Assembly (NCBI GenBank): GCA_022711115.1 | Contig: JAKLFP010000005.1 | Span: 72,572 to 136,571 of the forward strand | Reading direction: 5' to 3' | Length of the DNA stretch: 64,000 nucleotides | DNA from: Candidatus Omnitrophota bacterium | Lineage (GTDB): Bacteria > Omnitrophota > Omnitrophia > Omnitrophales > Aquincolibacteriaceae | Shown: piece by piece, positions 1 through 9,310 of the stretch | How the letters are laid out: each line of letters opens with the position of its first letter | How positions within the stretch are numbered: the stretch's first letter is position 1 | Position numbers and translations under genes: made by a program | Notes under the pieces: model-generated | Databases searched by the model: none | What the model was told of the DNA's origin: nothing | What the model saw: only the letters and a program-made list of their open reading frames with translations

Positions 1-1451
1 TAGGCGCAGGGGATGAAAGGCTTGCGAGTGAAAATCTTGTTCATTTTCCGATGCTGATCCATGAGAAACCTAAAAAAGTCCTCCTGATTGGGACAGGATT
101 CAACGGTGTTTTGAGGGAAATCTTAAAATATCAACCCGACAGGGTTCAGGATGTCGAACTCGATCCTGCACAAGTGGAAATGGCAAAAAAATATATTTCT
201 TTGGAATTACGGCGTGTCTTGGATGATAAGCGTGTGGCAATCTGGACAGGGGATATTCGAGATTTCTTCAGGAAATCTTCAAATGCTTTTGATGTGGTGA
301 TCGTTAATGAACCCAACCCTTCAACGGTCCTCATCAATCGCCAATACACTACGGAATTCTTTCAGTGGATCAAGGAGCATCTTTCGCCAGGCGGGATTGT
401 CGCAGTCCGTTTAAAATTCGCTCCTGATTATATAACCTCCGAGCTTGAAAACCTGGCGGCATCAGTCTACAAGACGTTGAAGCGTTCATTCTCAAACGTT
501 CTTCTCTTGCCTGAAGACACGCTTTATGTCATGGCTTCCATGGTTCCGCTTATGCAGGATCCCACGGTTCTGGTAAACCGCCTTGAAAGCCGCGGGATTC
601 GAAATGATTTTGTGACGTCGGCTTATATTCGATACCGCTTGGGGAATGACCGTGTTGCTAAGGTGCGGGATCTTTTGGAGAAAAACAGCGTTGCAAAGAT
701 CAACGAGGATTCCACGCCGCGGGGTTATTTTTACGAATTTCTTTACTGGGTCAGTTCTTTTCATTTAACACTTGCGAGATTTTTTTTCTTCATCTTGAAA
801 GTACCTTTTGCTGTTGTTCTTGGTGTTCTGTTGTCGGGGATGTTAGGGGCAGGATTTTTTCTTAGAGCACGTCTGCCGGCAAGTACGGCAATGGCTTCGG
901 GCGGGTTCTCGCTGATGGCAACCGAGATCATTTTAATTTACGGTTTTCAGGTTTTTTTCGGCAATCTTTATTATCGGATCGCGTGGATCATCACGGCTTT
1001 CATGGCGGGTATGGGATTCGGGGTATGGATTGGGAATTGCAAACTTCTCAGAGACCCAAGCCGGATGTTAAGCCGCCTGCATGTTTTGACGGCAGGTTAT
1101 TTTCTGCTTCTTACGGTAGGATGGTGGTTTTTATCGCAGCATTCTGCCGCAGGACCGTTATTGGGAGAAGGTGCTTTTCTCTTGATGGCAGGGCTTATAG
1201 GCGGTCTTGTCGGCCTTGAATTTTCATGGGTGACCCAATATTTTGTCGATCATGCCGGCGCAAAAGACATGAGAACGGGAAAAGTCTATGCTGCGGATCT
1301 TTTCGGATCTTGCCTTGGGGCGTTCCTTACGGCAAGTTTTTTCATTCCTGTGTGGGGTGTTTACAGGACACTGATATTTCTTGCTTTTTTGAACGGCGGA
1401 ATCAGTCTACTTCTTCTCTTCGGAAAAAACCTCGGCCGTAAAAACCTGTAA
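1..1451 (+). CDS. Spermidine/spermine synthase-like aminopropyltransferase domain fused to a C-terminal polytopic membrane domain. The 5' end is partial: the ORF is open to base 3 with no in-frame stop.
   Basis: N-terminal region matches the spermidine synthase fold (…VLLIGTGFNGVLREI…; DVELDPAQVEMAKKY; VIVNEPNP). The C-terminal ~200 aa is strongly hydrophobic with multiple helices. Reading the frame back from ATG 51 gives no stop to the window start. Confidence 0.7.
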   Translation, partial: GAGDERLASENLVHFPMLIHEKPKKVLLIGTGFNGVLREILKYQPDRVQDVELDPAQVEMAKKYISLELRRVLDDKRVAIWTGDIRDFFRKSSNAFDVVIVNEPNPSTVLINRQYTTEFFQWIKEHLSPGGIVAVRLKFAPDYITSELENLAASVYKTLKRSFSNVLLLPEDTLYVMASMVPLMQDPTVLVNRLESRGIRNDFVTSAYIRYRLGNDRVAKVRDLLEKNSVAKINEDSTPRGYFYEFLYWVSSFHLTLARFFFFILKVPFAVVLGVLLSGMLGAGFFLRARLPASTAMASGGFSLMATEIILIYGFQVFFGNLYYRIAWIITAFMAGMGFGVWIGNCKLLRDPSRMLSRLHVLTAGYFLLLTVGWWFLSQHSAAGPLLGEGAFLLMAGLIGGLVGLEFSWVTQYFVDHAGAKDMRTGKVYAADLFGSCLGAFLTASFFIPVWGVYRTLIFLAFLNGGISLLLLFGKNLGRKNL

Positions 1452-2981
1452 CTTTACGGACGGATCTTTCCAGCAGTTTCTTGGCAATCCAGCCTTTTGC
1501 GAGCAAAGTTCGCTTAAAAATTCTTCCTTGCTCCAGCCTGTTTCCGTGGCCACTTGCGGCAAAAAAACGCCGTGGTGAAAACCCTTGGAGACCGTGACGC
1601 CATGTTTACCGATGACGATCTCGTCTGCGCTTTCAATATCCCGGAGCGGGCTCAGCACAGAGATCTCATACTCCAGTTTGCCGAGTTCGTCAGGGCTTAC
1701 CGGTCTGAATCGTGGGTCCTGGGTTGCGGCGGCAATGGCCATTTGTGAGATCACTTCATAAAGCGGTATGTCCGGCTCGAATCGACCGATACAACCGCGT
1801 AACTGGCCATATTCGTTCAGGGTTACGAACGCTCCGAGCTTTTGTTGTAAAGTTTGAGATGTCGGTGTTAGCGTCGGTACCTTTTGTGTTCGGACATAAC
1901 TTTCAACCGTGGACCGTGCCATGGCAAGAAGTTCTTCCCGCTCCGCATTATTTAATAAATTTTCCTCTGACAAAGGTTTGGGTTTGTCGGCCTCGCTTTC
2001 TCCGGATTTTGTAAAGGCAAAAGAGGAATAACCCACTACGCGGCTTTTATCTCCCATGAAAGAGTCTCCCGAATTTGCATAGTTGAGAAAATGAACGTTC
2101 GAAAATCCAAGGGTTTGAGAGACCAGCAATAAAGTTCGGACGCCGCTCACTCCGCATAAAAATGTTTCCGCGTTCGGGACTCTTTCACCGCCAAGCTTTT
2201 TCAGTGTCGCGTCGAGATTTTCGGCCTTCCCTGTCTGGATTGCTTGAATAGTTTGGTGATCAGCAGTCGAGGCTGCATCGTAAGGAGGATAATGAGACAT
2301 ATCCGTGCTGGCCACGATAAGCGTCTTGTCATCAATGTTCTTTTTTAACGCATCTGCCAGCAGCGTCGTAAGTGCCGAATCGTCATTGCCAAAAACGAGC
2401 GGCACAATTTTAAAGTTTTTTAACACACGCTGCAAAAAAGGAAGCTGGACTTCCAGGGTATGCTCGCGCATGTGAGCGCTGGGCCGTTCAATAATGACTT
2501 TGGGGCTTGCGGCCATGATCTTTTCTGCGAAAGCTTTGTCGATTTCGACGAGACCTAACGGTGTTTCAAAAGAACCTTCTTTGTAGATAGAAATCCCGCT
2601 AAACCAATCGGTGTGGCTGTTGGAAAGGATAATGACGGTTTTGATATCCTGGCCTTTCAATGCTTTATAAGCGTAGGCTGCGACCGGGCCTGAGTAGATA
2701 TAACCCGCATGCGGAACGATAATGCCTCGGATGTTTCCTTTGATCACAGGGGGGGTGGTCTGGCGTAGCATGGTATCCACGAAATTTTCAAGCTCCGGTT
2801 TTGAACCGGGATAAAATCCCCCGGCGACGGCAGCTTTTCTGATCGGTAAAGACGAGTCTGCGGCACTGCTAAGGGAACTATCCAGGGTTAGTAAAAGAAA
2901 AACTGACAACAAGGTAAGGATCGAAAATAATATTTTATTTCCAAATACCAGGAATTTTTTCTCCATCGGGGCATGCTCCAT
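1407..2981 (-). CDS. Fused AmmeMemoRadiSam system protein B (MEMO1 family) and protein A (AMMECR1 domain), with an N-terminal signal/anchor sequence
   Basis: Memo-like motif GIIVPHAGYIYSGPVAAYAYKAL in the N-terminal half. AMMECR1 core (…LRGCIGRFEPDIPLYEVISQMAIAAATQDPRFRPV…) in the C-terminal half. Hydrophobic N-terminus MEKKFLVFGNKILFSILTLLSVFLLLT. Start chosen at the internal Met, which overlaps the upstream rSAM gene by about 45 nt. The full ORF extends to 3095. Confidence 0.75.
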   Translation of the reverse strand: MEHAPMEKKFLVFGNKILFSILTLLSVFLLLTLDSSLSSAADSSLPIRKAAVAGGFYPGSKPELENFVDTMLRQTTPPVIKGNIRGIIVPHAGYIYSGPVAAYAYKALKGQDIKTVIILSNSHTDWFSGISIYKEGSFETPLGLVEIDKAFAEKIMAASPKVIIERPSAHMREHTLEVQLPFLQRVLKNFKIVPLVFGNDDSALTTLLADALKKNIDDKTLIVASTDMSHYPPYDAASTADHQTIQAIQTGKAENLDATLKKLGGERVPNAETFLCGVSGVRTLLLVSQTLGFSNVHFLNYANSGDSFMGDKSRVVGYSSFAFTKSGESEADKPKPLSEENLLNNAEREELLAMARSTVESYVRTQKVPTLTPTSQTLQQKLGAFVTLNEYGQLRGCIGRFEPDIPLYEVISQMAIAAATQDPRFRPVSPDELGKLEYEISVLSPLRDIESADEIVIGKHGVTVSKGFHHGVFLPQVATETGWSKEEFLSELCSQKAGLPRNCWKDPSVKLQVFTAEVFSEEKK

Positions 2982-4065
2982 TTTTAAGATTATTAACAAC
3001 GACAAAATGTCCTTGCCGGATGATAATTTTTTCTTTAGATTTCGTGCAGTAAGTTGCCTCGGCTTCCATATCTGCAATATTCCCGGTATAAACAAATTTC
3101 AAACCTTCCTCCATGGCAATCTTGCGTGCACGGACCATAGTCTCAGACGGCGTGGGTGGCAGGTTCTGTAATTTATACTGTGGAAAAAAACGGCTGAAAT
3201 GAAGAGGTACGTCGTCGCCGAGGTTTATTTTGATCCAGCGGGCCATGGTTCGGAACTCTTCATCGCTGTCATTTTCGCCGGGGATGATCAGGGTTACGAT
3301 CTCAAGCCAGACACCGCTTTGCTTGATTATCTTTAAAGTATTTAATACGGCATCCAAATGTCCGCCCGTAAGTTTTTTGTAAAATTTTTCTTGGAATGCT
3401 TTCAGGTCTATTTTATAAGCATCGATATAAGGCAGTAATTCTCTAAGCGGTTTCTCCTCAATATAACCGCTTGAGACCATCAATGTCTTCAGCCCTTTGG
3501 ATTTCGCGAGTTTGGCGATATCCAGTACATATTCGTAAGCAATCGACGGCTCATTGTAGGTGAAGGCGATGGACTCTGCGTCGCTAGCCTTGGCAGCGGA
3601 CACGACTTGCTCGGGGGTCATAGGCTGGGCTGAAATATCCCCTGGAAATGACTGGGAGATTTCCCAGTTTTGACAAAAGAGACAACGCATATTGCATCCG
3701 GTGGTGGCCACAGAAAAAGCCTTGCTGCCCGGGAGTACATGGAAAAACGGTTTTTTTTCAATCGGATCTACATGGGCGGTCGCGATCTTGCCATAGACCA
3801 TGGAATATAATTTTCCATCGATATTTTTCCGGGCCTTGCAGGCTCCCCAGCCTCCGGGTGCTATTGCGCAACGGTTGGGACAAAGAAAACACTGCACGGA
3901 TTTGTCGGACAAGGATTCATAATAGCGGGCTATCTGAAGAGATGAAACGATGGGGGATGCATCGGCTCGAAACGAGCGTTCACGTCGACAGATGAATAAA
4001 ATAAGAGCGCCTAGCATCGCTGCAAAAAACAGGAATGAAGCTGTTTTTTTTAAAAAAGACGCCAT
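2935..4065 (-). CDS. AmmeMemoRadiSam system radical SAM enzyme (PFL-activase-like) with an N-terminal hydrophobic extension
   Basis: CxxxCxxC radical-SAM motif (TTGCNMRCLFCQNWEIS). N-terminal ARYYESLSDKSVQCFLCPNRCAIAPGGWGAC is typical of the TIGR04337 family. It sits directly upstream of, and overlaps, the Memo/AMMECR1 gene. Residues 9-26 (ASFLFFAAMLGALILFIC) are hydrophobic. Confidence 0.8.
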   Translation of the reverse strand: MASFLKKTASFLFFAAMLGALILFICRRERSFRADASPIVSSLQIARYYESLSDKSVQCFLCPNRCAIAPGGWGACKARKNIDGKLYSMVYGKIATAHVDPIEKKPFFHVLPGSKAFSVATTGCNMRCLFCQNWEISQSFPGDISAQPMTPEQVVSAAKASDAESIAFTYNEPSIAYEYVLDIAKLAKSKGLKTLMVSSGYIEEKPLRELLPYIDAYKIDLKAFQEKFYKKLTGGHLDAVLNTLKIIKQSGVWLEIVTLIIPGENDSDEEFRTMARWIKINLGDDVPLHFSRFFPQYKLQNLPPTPSETMVRARKIAMEEGLKFVYTGNIADMEAEATYCTKSKEKIIIRQGHFVVVNNLKNGACPDGEKIPGIWK

Positions 4066-4110
4066 CTTTTCAATCCTCTTTTTAAGAACAAATCCATTTC
4101 CTTCTTTTTC

Positions 4111-4731
4111 TCAGTGAATATTATGAAGAATCGAATAAATTCCGTAAATGAAAAAGATCCCTGCGACCACGAAACCGCTGAGTCGGGCCATGAATCGGAA
4201 TTCTTTGGTCCGCGCCAGAAATCCCACAAAGATGAGCGGCAGGAAGTAAATAGAACTTGAAAGGAAAAAAAGAAAAAAATAGATCATGCCGTACAGGACA
4301 TAATGTTGGGAGATGACATAGGAAACAGCCAGGAGAAAAGGAGGACAGAGGTTGATTCCCATCAAAAATCCCATGGTAAAAGGACTTTTCCCCTTGAGAC
4401 GAGCAGAGCCAGCGCAGAGCGGATTTTTTTCACGGACCAAACCAACCAAATAAAGAAACAGGATGAGCGATAACAGGAGAAAAGAAATATCGGTCATGAG
4501 TCGCAGCAATCCAGAGTTTAATTTCTCTCCCGAATAACCTGCAAGGATCCCGATGCAAAGATAGCCCGCAAGGCGTCCTCCCAAAAATTGCAAGACAATC
4601 AATGTGTTTTTTTTAAAGGGGCGGTCTTCAACGGTGAGAAAGGAGCCCATGAAAGGGAAGCAGTAAGTCAGGCAGAAAGCCCCCACTGAAAGTCCGGCCA
4701 GCAAAGGTTGAAAGATCATCTCGCTTGTCAT
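4111..4731 (-). CDS. Polytopic membrane protein, possibly a CcdA/DsbD-like thiol-disulfide transfer family protein
   Basis: About six predicted TM helices. Cys residues are embedded in helices (FCLTYCFPF … INLCPPFLL), resembling the two half-site Cys motifs of CcdA. The family assignment is uncertain. Confidence 0.35.
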   Translation of the reverse strand: MTSEMIFQPLLAGLSVGAFCLTYCFPFMGSFLTVEDRPFKKNTLIVLQFLGGRLAGYLCIGILAGYSGEKLNSGLLRLMTDISFLLLSLILFLYLVGLVREKNPLCAGSARLKGKSPFTMGFLMGINLCPPFLLAVSYVISQHYVLYGMIYFFLFFLSSSIYFLPLIFVGFLARTKEFRFMARLSGFVVAGIFFIYGIYSILHNIH

Positions 4732-4907
4732 GGCTTCTATAGTAACAGAAAACGTTCCTTTTCTGGAAGAGCTCCTTTAGAGCGATTGTGGGAATATAAT
4801 GCGGAAAGGAAGCCATTGAATGCAGAAATCATCAACGATTACAATCACAAAAAGTTCTCAATACGGGTCCAAATGCCACCGATAAAGCTAATGAACGAAA
4901 GGTGGTT

Positions 4908-6221
4908 ATGAAAAATTTTTATCAGGGACATATTTTGAAAAATCACGCTGAGCTTTTTAAAACAGCCCATCGCTATCTTGTCGGAGGTGTGAATAGCCCG
5001 GTTAGATCCTTTAAGCCAATAGGGGGGGATCCGGTTTTTTTGAAACAGGCCAAAGGTTCCAAGATTTACGCCGAAGACGGACGTAAACTGACCGATTATT
5101 GTCTTTCCTGGGGGGCGATGATCCTAGGACATGCTTATCGAGAAGTTGTTGAGGCGTTGGAGCATGCGGTGAGACAAGGCACCAGTTATGGAATGCCCAC
5201 TTGCCTGGAAACCGAATTAGCAAAATTGATTGTTGATGCCATTCCTTCGATGGAACAAGTCCGGCTAACAAATTCCGGAACCGAGGCGGTAATGGGTGCG
5301 ATCCGTGTCGCCCGGGCTCATACCCAAAGGGACAAGGTCGTCAAATTCGAAGGTTGTTATCACGGCCATGCGGATCATCTTTTGGTCAAAACCGGATCGG
5401 GTGCGAACACTTTGGGAATTCCCGATAGCCTTGGAGTTCCTGCTGATTTTTCCAAGCATACCCTGGTTGTTTCTTACAATAATATCGAGCAAGTAAAAGA
5501 AACTTTTCAGCAGTATTACAATGAAATCGCGGCGGTTATTGTCGAACCTGTGGCAGGCAGTATGGGAGTCGTGATGCCCGAGCCAAATTTTCTTAAAGGA
5601 CTTAGAACGCTTTGTGATGAACACGGAGCTTTGCTGATTTTTGACGAAGTGACTACGGGTTTTAGGCTTATGTATGGCGGGGCTCAAAATTATCTCGGTA
5701 TTCTGCCAGATCTGACCTGTCTTGGGAAGATCATCGGTGGGGGCATGCCGATTGGAGCGTTCGGCGGACCACGTGAGATAATGAAAGTGCTGGCACCTTT
5801 GGGTGGCGCTTACCAGGAGGATACCTTGTCCGGGAATCCCATAGTGGTGACAGCAGGCATTGCGACTTTGAAATGTCTGAATCGTCTTCAGCCTTACTCG
5901 AAGTTGGCCTCTGCAACTCAAAAATTGTGCAAAGGAATCCAAGACGCGGCAGATTTTGAAGGGTTTAAGATCCGTATCAATGCGGCAGGATCCATGTTTT
6001 CCTTTTTCTTTACAGATCAAAAAGTAGTTCATTATCAGTCCGCAGCTTGCCAGGATACGGATTCTTTTCGGGAGTTTTATCAAGAACTTCTGCAGAGAAA
6101 TATTTATTTCTCGCCGTCACCTTTTGAAGCCAATTTCGTTTCTGTTGCCCATTCCGAAAAGGATCTTGAAAATACCCTTCAAGCTGTTCGGAATATTTTT
6201 AAAAAAATGAGAAAACAATAA
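4908..6221 (+). CDS. hemL: Glutamate-1-semialdehyde 2,1-aminomutase
   Basis: GGVNSPVRSFKPIGG, SWGAMILGHA, LIFDEVTTGFR and class-III aminotransferase architecture. A GTG at 4902 is an alternative start; the ATG at 4908 follows GAAAGG. Confidence 0.9.
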   Translation: MKNFYQGHILKNHAELFKTAHRYLVGGVNSPVRSFKPIGGDPVFLKQAKGSKIYAEDGRKLTDYCLSWGAMILGHAYREVVEALEHAVRQGTSYGMPTCLETELAKLIVDAIPSMEQVRLTNSGTEAVMGAIRVARAHTQRDKVVKFEGCYHGHADHLLVKTGSGANTLGIPDSLGVPADFSKHTLVVSYNNIEQVKETFQQYYNEIAAVIVEPVAGSMGVVMPEPNFLKGLRTLCDEHGALLIFDEVTTGFRLMYGGAQNYLGILPDLTCLGKIIGGGMPIGAFGGPREIMKVLAPLGGAYQEDTLSGNPIVVTAGIATLKCLNRLQPYSKLASATQKLCKGIQDAADFEGFKIRINAAGSMFSFFFTDQKVVHYQSAACQDTDSFREFYQELLQRNIYFSPSPFEANFVSVAHSEKDLENTLQAVRNIFKKMRKQ

Positions 6222-6246
6222 AGAACTTTTCGATGCGGAGTTTTGT

Positions 6247-7767
6247 ATGACAGATGCCTTTTTGAGTCAATCTCAAGAAGATTCCTCCGACCCTTTTTGC
6301 AGCGATCTGCCCTGCAGGCCCAATCCCCGGATGGGTAAAATTCTGGTGACGGGTGCTTCCGGGTATATAGGCGGCAGGTTGGTTCCTGAATTATTGTCAC
6401 GCGGGTATCAGGTAAGGGCCATGGTCCGGCGTGCCTCGCCGGAATATCAGGCGCGTTGGCCCCTTGCGGAGATCGTTGTTGCGGATGCCTTGGACGAAAA
6501 AACAGAGGCTCTTGGAAAAGCGCTTGCCGGGATCCATACAGCCTATTACTTGCTCCATTCTCTTTATTTGGGGCCGGAGCAATTCGAAGCCGCTGATATC
6601 AAAGCGGCCGAAAACTTCAGAAAAGTTGCTCAGGAACAGCAAATCCGACGGATAATTTATTTAGGAGGACTCGGTGATATCCAAAGTTCTCTTTCTTCGC
6701 ATTTGAGAAGTCGCATCGAAGTGGCCGAAGAATTGAAACGCAGTCAAATTTCCGTGACGATCCTTCGGGCCGGTATCATTATCGGTTCGGGAAGCGCTTC
6801 CTATGAAATTATTCAGCATCTCGTGCGGCGACTCAGCATAATTTTAGTGCCTTCTTGGGCTAAAAACAGATGCCAGCCGATTGCCATCCGGGATGTGATC
6901 AAATATCTCGTGGGGATGTTGGAAGTTCCTGAGACCGAAGGTAAAAATTTCGACATCGGTGGGAAAGATATTTTGACTTATGAAGCCATGCTGAAAAAGT
7001 TAAGCGGGATTTTAAATAAAAAAGTTTTTTTCATTCCCTTTCCGGTTTCCGGCACTCGCGGTTTTGCTTATCTCTCAAGCTTGTTCACGCCAGTGCCGGC
7101 TTCCATCACGCAATGTTTAATGGACAGTCTGAAAAATGAAGTGGTTTGCCAGGAAGATAATGTTAAACGGTATGTGCCGTTCGAACCCATGTCCTACAAA
7201 GAGGCGATTGTGAGAGCTTTGACGCGTGAAGACCAGGACCGGGTCTATACGAGATGGTCGGATGCTTATCCTCCTGCCCATGAACTTGCGCTCAAACTTC
7301 ATGAACTGAGTATCGGCCCAGCTTTCGGCGTTCGCTATTTTTTGGCCACGAAAAAGAATTCCCAATCGATTTTTAAATCCATCTGTAATGTCGGCGGCAA
7401 GGAGGGATGGTTCAACCATAATTGGTTATGGCGCACGCGCGGGATGATCGACCGTATCTTAGGCGGTGTGGGGTCGTCCCGGGGCCGGCGGAGCTATACC
7501 AAGCTAATCATTAACGACGTGATTGATTTTTGGCGCATCGAAGATCTTCAGGACGGGGAGCGGCTTCTCCTGCGATCCGAAATGAAATTACCCGGTAAGG
7601 CGTGGCTTGAATTCACGATTGAAGATAAGGGTGATGAAAGAAAATTAGCGTTGACCGCTTTCTATGATACCCAGAGTCTTTGGGGAAAAATTTACTGGTA
7701 TGCCTGCCTTCCTTTTCACCATATCATCTTTAAGAATCTTCTTTTTGATATCGAGAAAAGAAGCTGA
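6247..7767 (+). CDS. NAD(P)-binding NmrA/SDR-like domain fused to a DUF2867-type C-terminal domain
   Basis: Rossmann motif ILVTGASGYIGGRLVPELLSRGYQVRAMVR. Long C-terminal domain typical of DUF2867 fusions. GGAG lies 6 nt upstream of ATG 6247; an alternative start is 6331. Confidence 0.7.
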   Translation: MTDAFLSQSQEDSSDPFCSDLPCRPNPRMGKILVTGASGYIGGRLVPELLSRGYQVRAMVRRASPEYQARWPLAEIVVADALDEKTEALGKALAGIHTAYYLLHSLYLGPEQFEAADIKAAENFRKVAQEQQIRRIIYLGGLGDIQSSLSSHLRSRIEVAEELKRSQISVTILRAGIIIGSGSASYEIIQHLVRRLSIILVPSWAKNRCQPIAIRDVIKYLVGMLEVPETEGKNFDIGGKDILTYEAMLKKLSGILNKKVFFIPFPVSGTRGFAYLSSLFTPVPASITQCLMDSLKNEVVCQEDNVKRYVPFEPMSYKEAIVRALTREDQDRVYTRWSDAYPPAHELALKLHELSIGPAFGVRYFLATKKNSQSIFKSICNVGGKEGWFNHNWLWRTRGMIDRILGGVGSSRGRRSYTKLIINDVIDFWRIEDLQDGERLLLRSEMKLPGKAWLEFTIEDKGDERKLALTAFYDTQSLWGKIYWYACLPFHHIIFKNLLFDIEKRS

Positions 7768-7897
7768 GGCGTGATAATGCAAAGAAACTGTTTAGATTCT
7801 TGCGTGCCGTATAAACTCCACTTGTCTGCCAGCTTTTTGTATAATGCCCCAATGAGGCGCGTATGATTTTTAAAAGGCAAATAAAAAAAGAGCGACG

Positions 7898-9292
7898 ATG
7901 AATACGGATTTATTGTTGATCAAGCCTGATTTCCATGATATCGCGATCATGCCACCGATCGGGCTTGGATACTTATCCTCAATTCTTCGAAAAAAAGGTG
8001 TTTCCGTTGCCATTCATGATAATACCCTTCTTGGTTTTGATGACAAACGATTGGAAGCCCTGATTCGGGAACTTCGGCCCAGGATCATTGGTCTTTATGC
8101 TGCAACGCCGATGATCAAACGAGCTGAAGCGATTGTCCAACTCGCCAAACGTATTGATCCCGAGATCCTGGTGGTGCTTGGCGGGCCGCATCCCACCTGT
8201 ACTGTCGAAGAAACACTTGTCTATGCCGATGCTGTTGTGATGGGAGAAGGGGAAGAGACATTTCCCCCCATGGTGGAAAGATTTTTGGGAGGTTCGCGCG
8301 ATTTTTCGGGTATTGCTGGTTGTGCTTTCAAGGAGATGGGCGGGCAGGTGAAAATTAATCCCGCGAGGGATATCATCCGAGATCTGGACTTGCTTCCGTT
8401 TCCGGATTTTGAACATATGCCGATCTCAACCTATTTGAGTCAGGGAAATACTTTCGGTATCACTCAGAGGACAGCCCGGAGCTTGCCCATCATGGCTTCC
8501 AGGGGTTGTCCGTCCAACTGTACTTTCTGCCAGCGGTTTTTAGGAAAAAAATTCCGTATCCGTAGCGCTCAAAATGTGGTGGAGGAACTGACGCATTGGA
8601 AGGATAAGTACCAAGTGGATGAATTTAACTTTCTTGATGATAATTTCACACTTGTCAAAAAAAACGTTCTGGATGTTTGCGATCAGATCCACCGTAAAGG
8701 ACTCCATATCAAGTTCCGTTTTCCGAACGGTGTCCGGGAAGATTATCTGGATGAGGAGATCTTGGAGGCCCTTAAATCCGTGGGATGTTATCACCTTGAT
8801 TTCGGGATCGAAAGCGGCAGCCAGAAGGTTTTGGACCTCATGAAAAAGGGAAAAAAACTGGAGGATATCGTCGCGAAAGTTCATCTTTGCAAAAAGGCAG
8901 GCTTCAAAGTGTCCTCCTCATTCCTTTTCGGAACTCCGGGAGAAACCCTGGAGGATATGAAACAAACGATCCGTTTCGCGATATCCTTACCGTTAGACAG
9001 CGCTTGTTTCAGCCTCGTGATGCCGTTTCCTGGGACCGAAGTGCGTAAGGAAGCGGAAGCGAAAGGTTACTTGGCGCATAGTGATTATGAGGATTACACG
9101 ATGAGTCTTGAAAATATGAGACCCCCGTTGCAGACGCCCGATTGGAGCGGAAAGGATATTCTCTTTATGATTCGAAAGGCGAACCGGGATTTCTTTCTTC
9201 GCCCAAAACAGATCATGACGCTTTTACCAAGCATGCTCAATCCCGTGAATATAAAGCGATATGCCGTATCTTTTTTAAAAACGTTAAAATAA
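7898..9292 (+). CDS. B12-binding domain radical SAM protein (class B rSAM)
   Basis: N-terminal B12-binding-like region (LLLIKPDF…PPIGLGYLSSIL…). rSAM motif SRGCPSNCTFCQRF. Has the elongated C-terminal region seen in this family. Confidence 0.85.
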   Translation: MNTDLLLIKPDFHDIAIMPPIGLGYLSSILRKKGVSVAIHDNTLLGFDDKRLEALIRELRPRIIGLYAATPMIKRAEAIVQLAKRIDPEILVVLGGPHPTCTVEETLVYADAVVMGEGEETFPPMVERFLGGSRDFSGIAGCAFKEMGGQVKINPARDIIRDLDLLPFPDFEHMPISTYLSQGNTFGITQRTARSLPIMASRGCPSNCTFCQRFLGKKFRIRSAQNVVEELTHWKDKYQVDEFNFLDDNFTLVKKNVLDVCDQIHRKGLHIKFRFPNGVREDYLDEEILEALKSVGCYHLDFGIESGSQKVLDLMKKGKKLEDIVAKVHLCKKAGFKVSSSFLFGTPGETLEDMKQTIRFAISLPLDSACFSLVMPFPGTEVRKEAEAKGYLAHSDYEDYTMSLENMRPPLQTPDWSGKDILFMIRKANRDFFLRPKQIMTLLPSMLNPVNIKRYAVSFLKTLK

Positions 9293-9310
9293 TTTAGAAT
9301 CCTAAAAACA

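Noticed and set aside
4708-4911. 67-aa + ORF in the hemL upstream region
   Set aside because: No RBS or homology. Lies in the divergent promoter region and ends inside the hemL start.
5265-6083. 272-aa minus-strand ORF
   Set aside because: Lies entirely antisense inside hemL, which has unambiguous homology. Arg/Ser/Cys-rich translation is typical of a shadow ORF.
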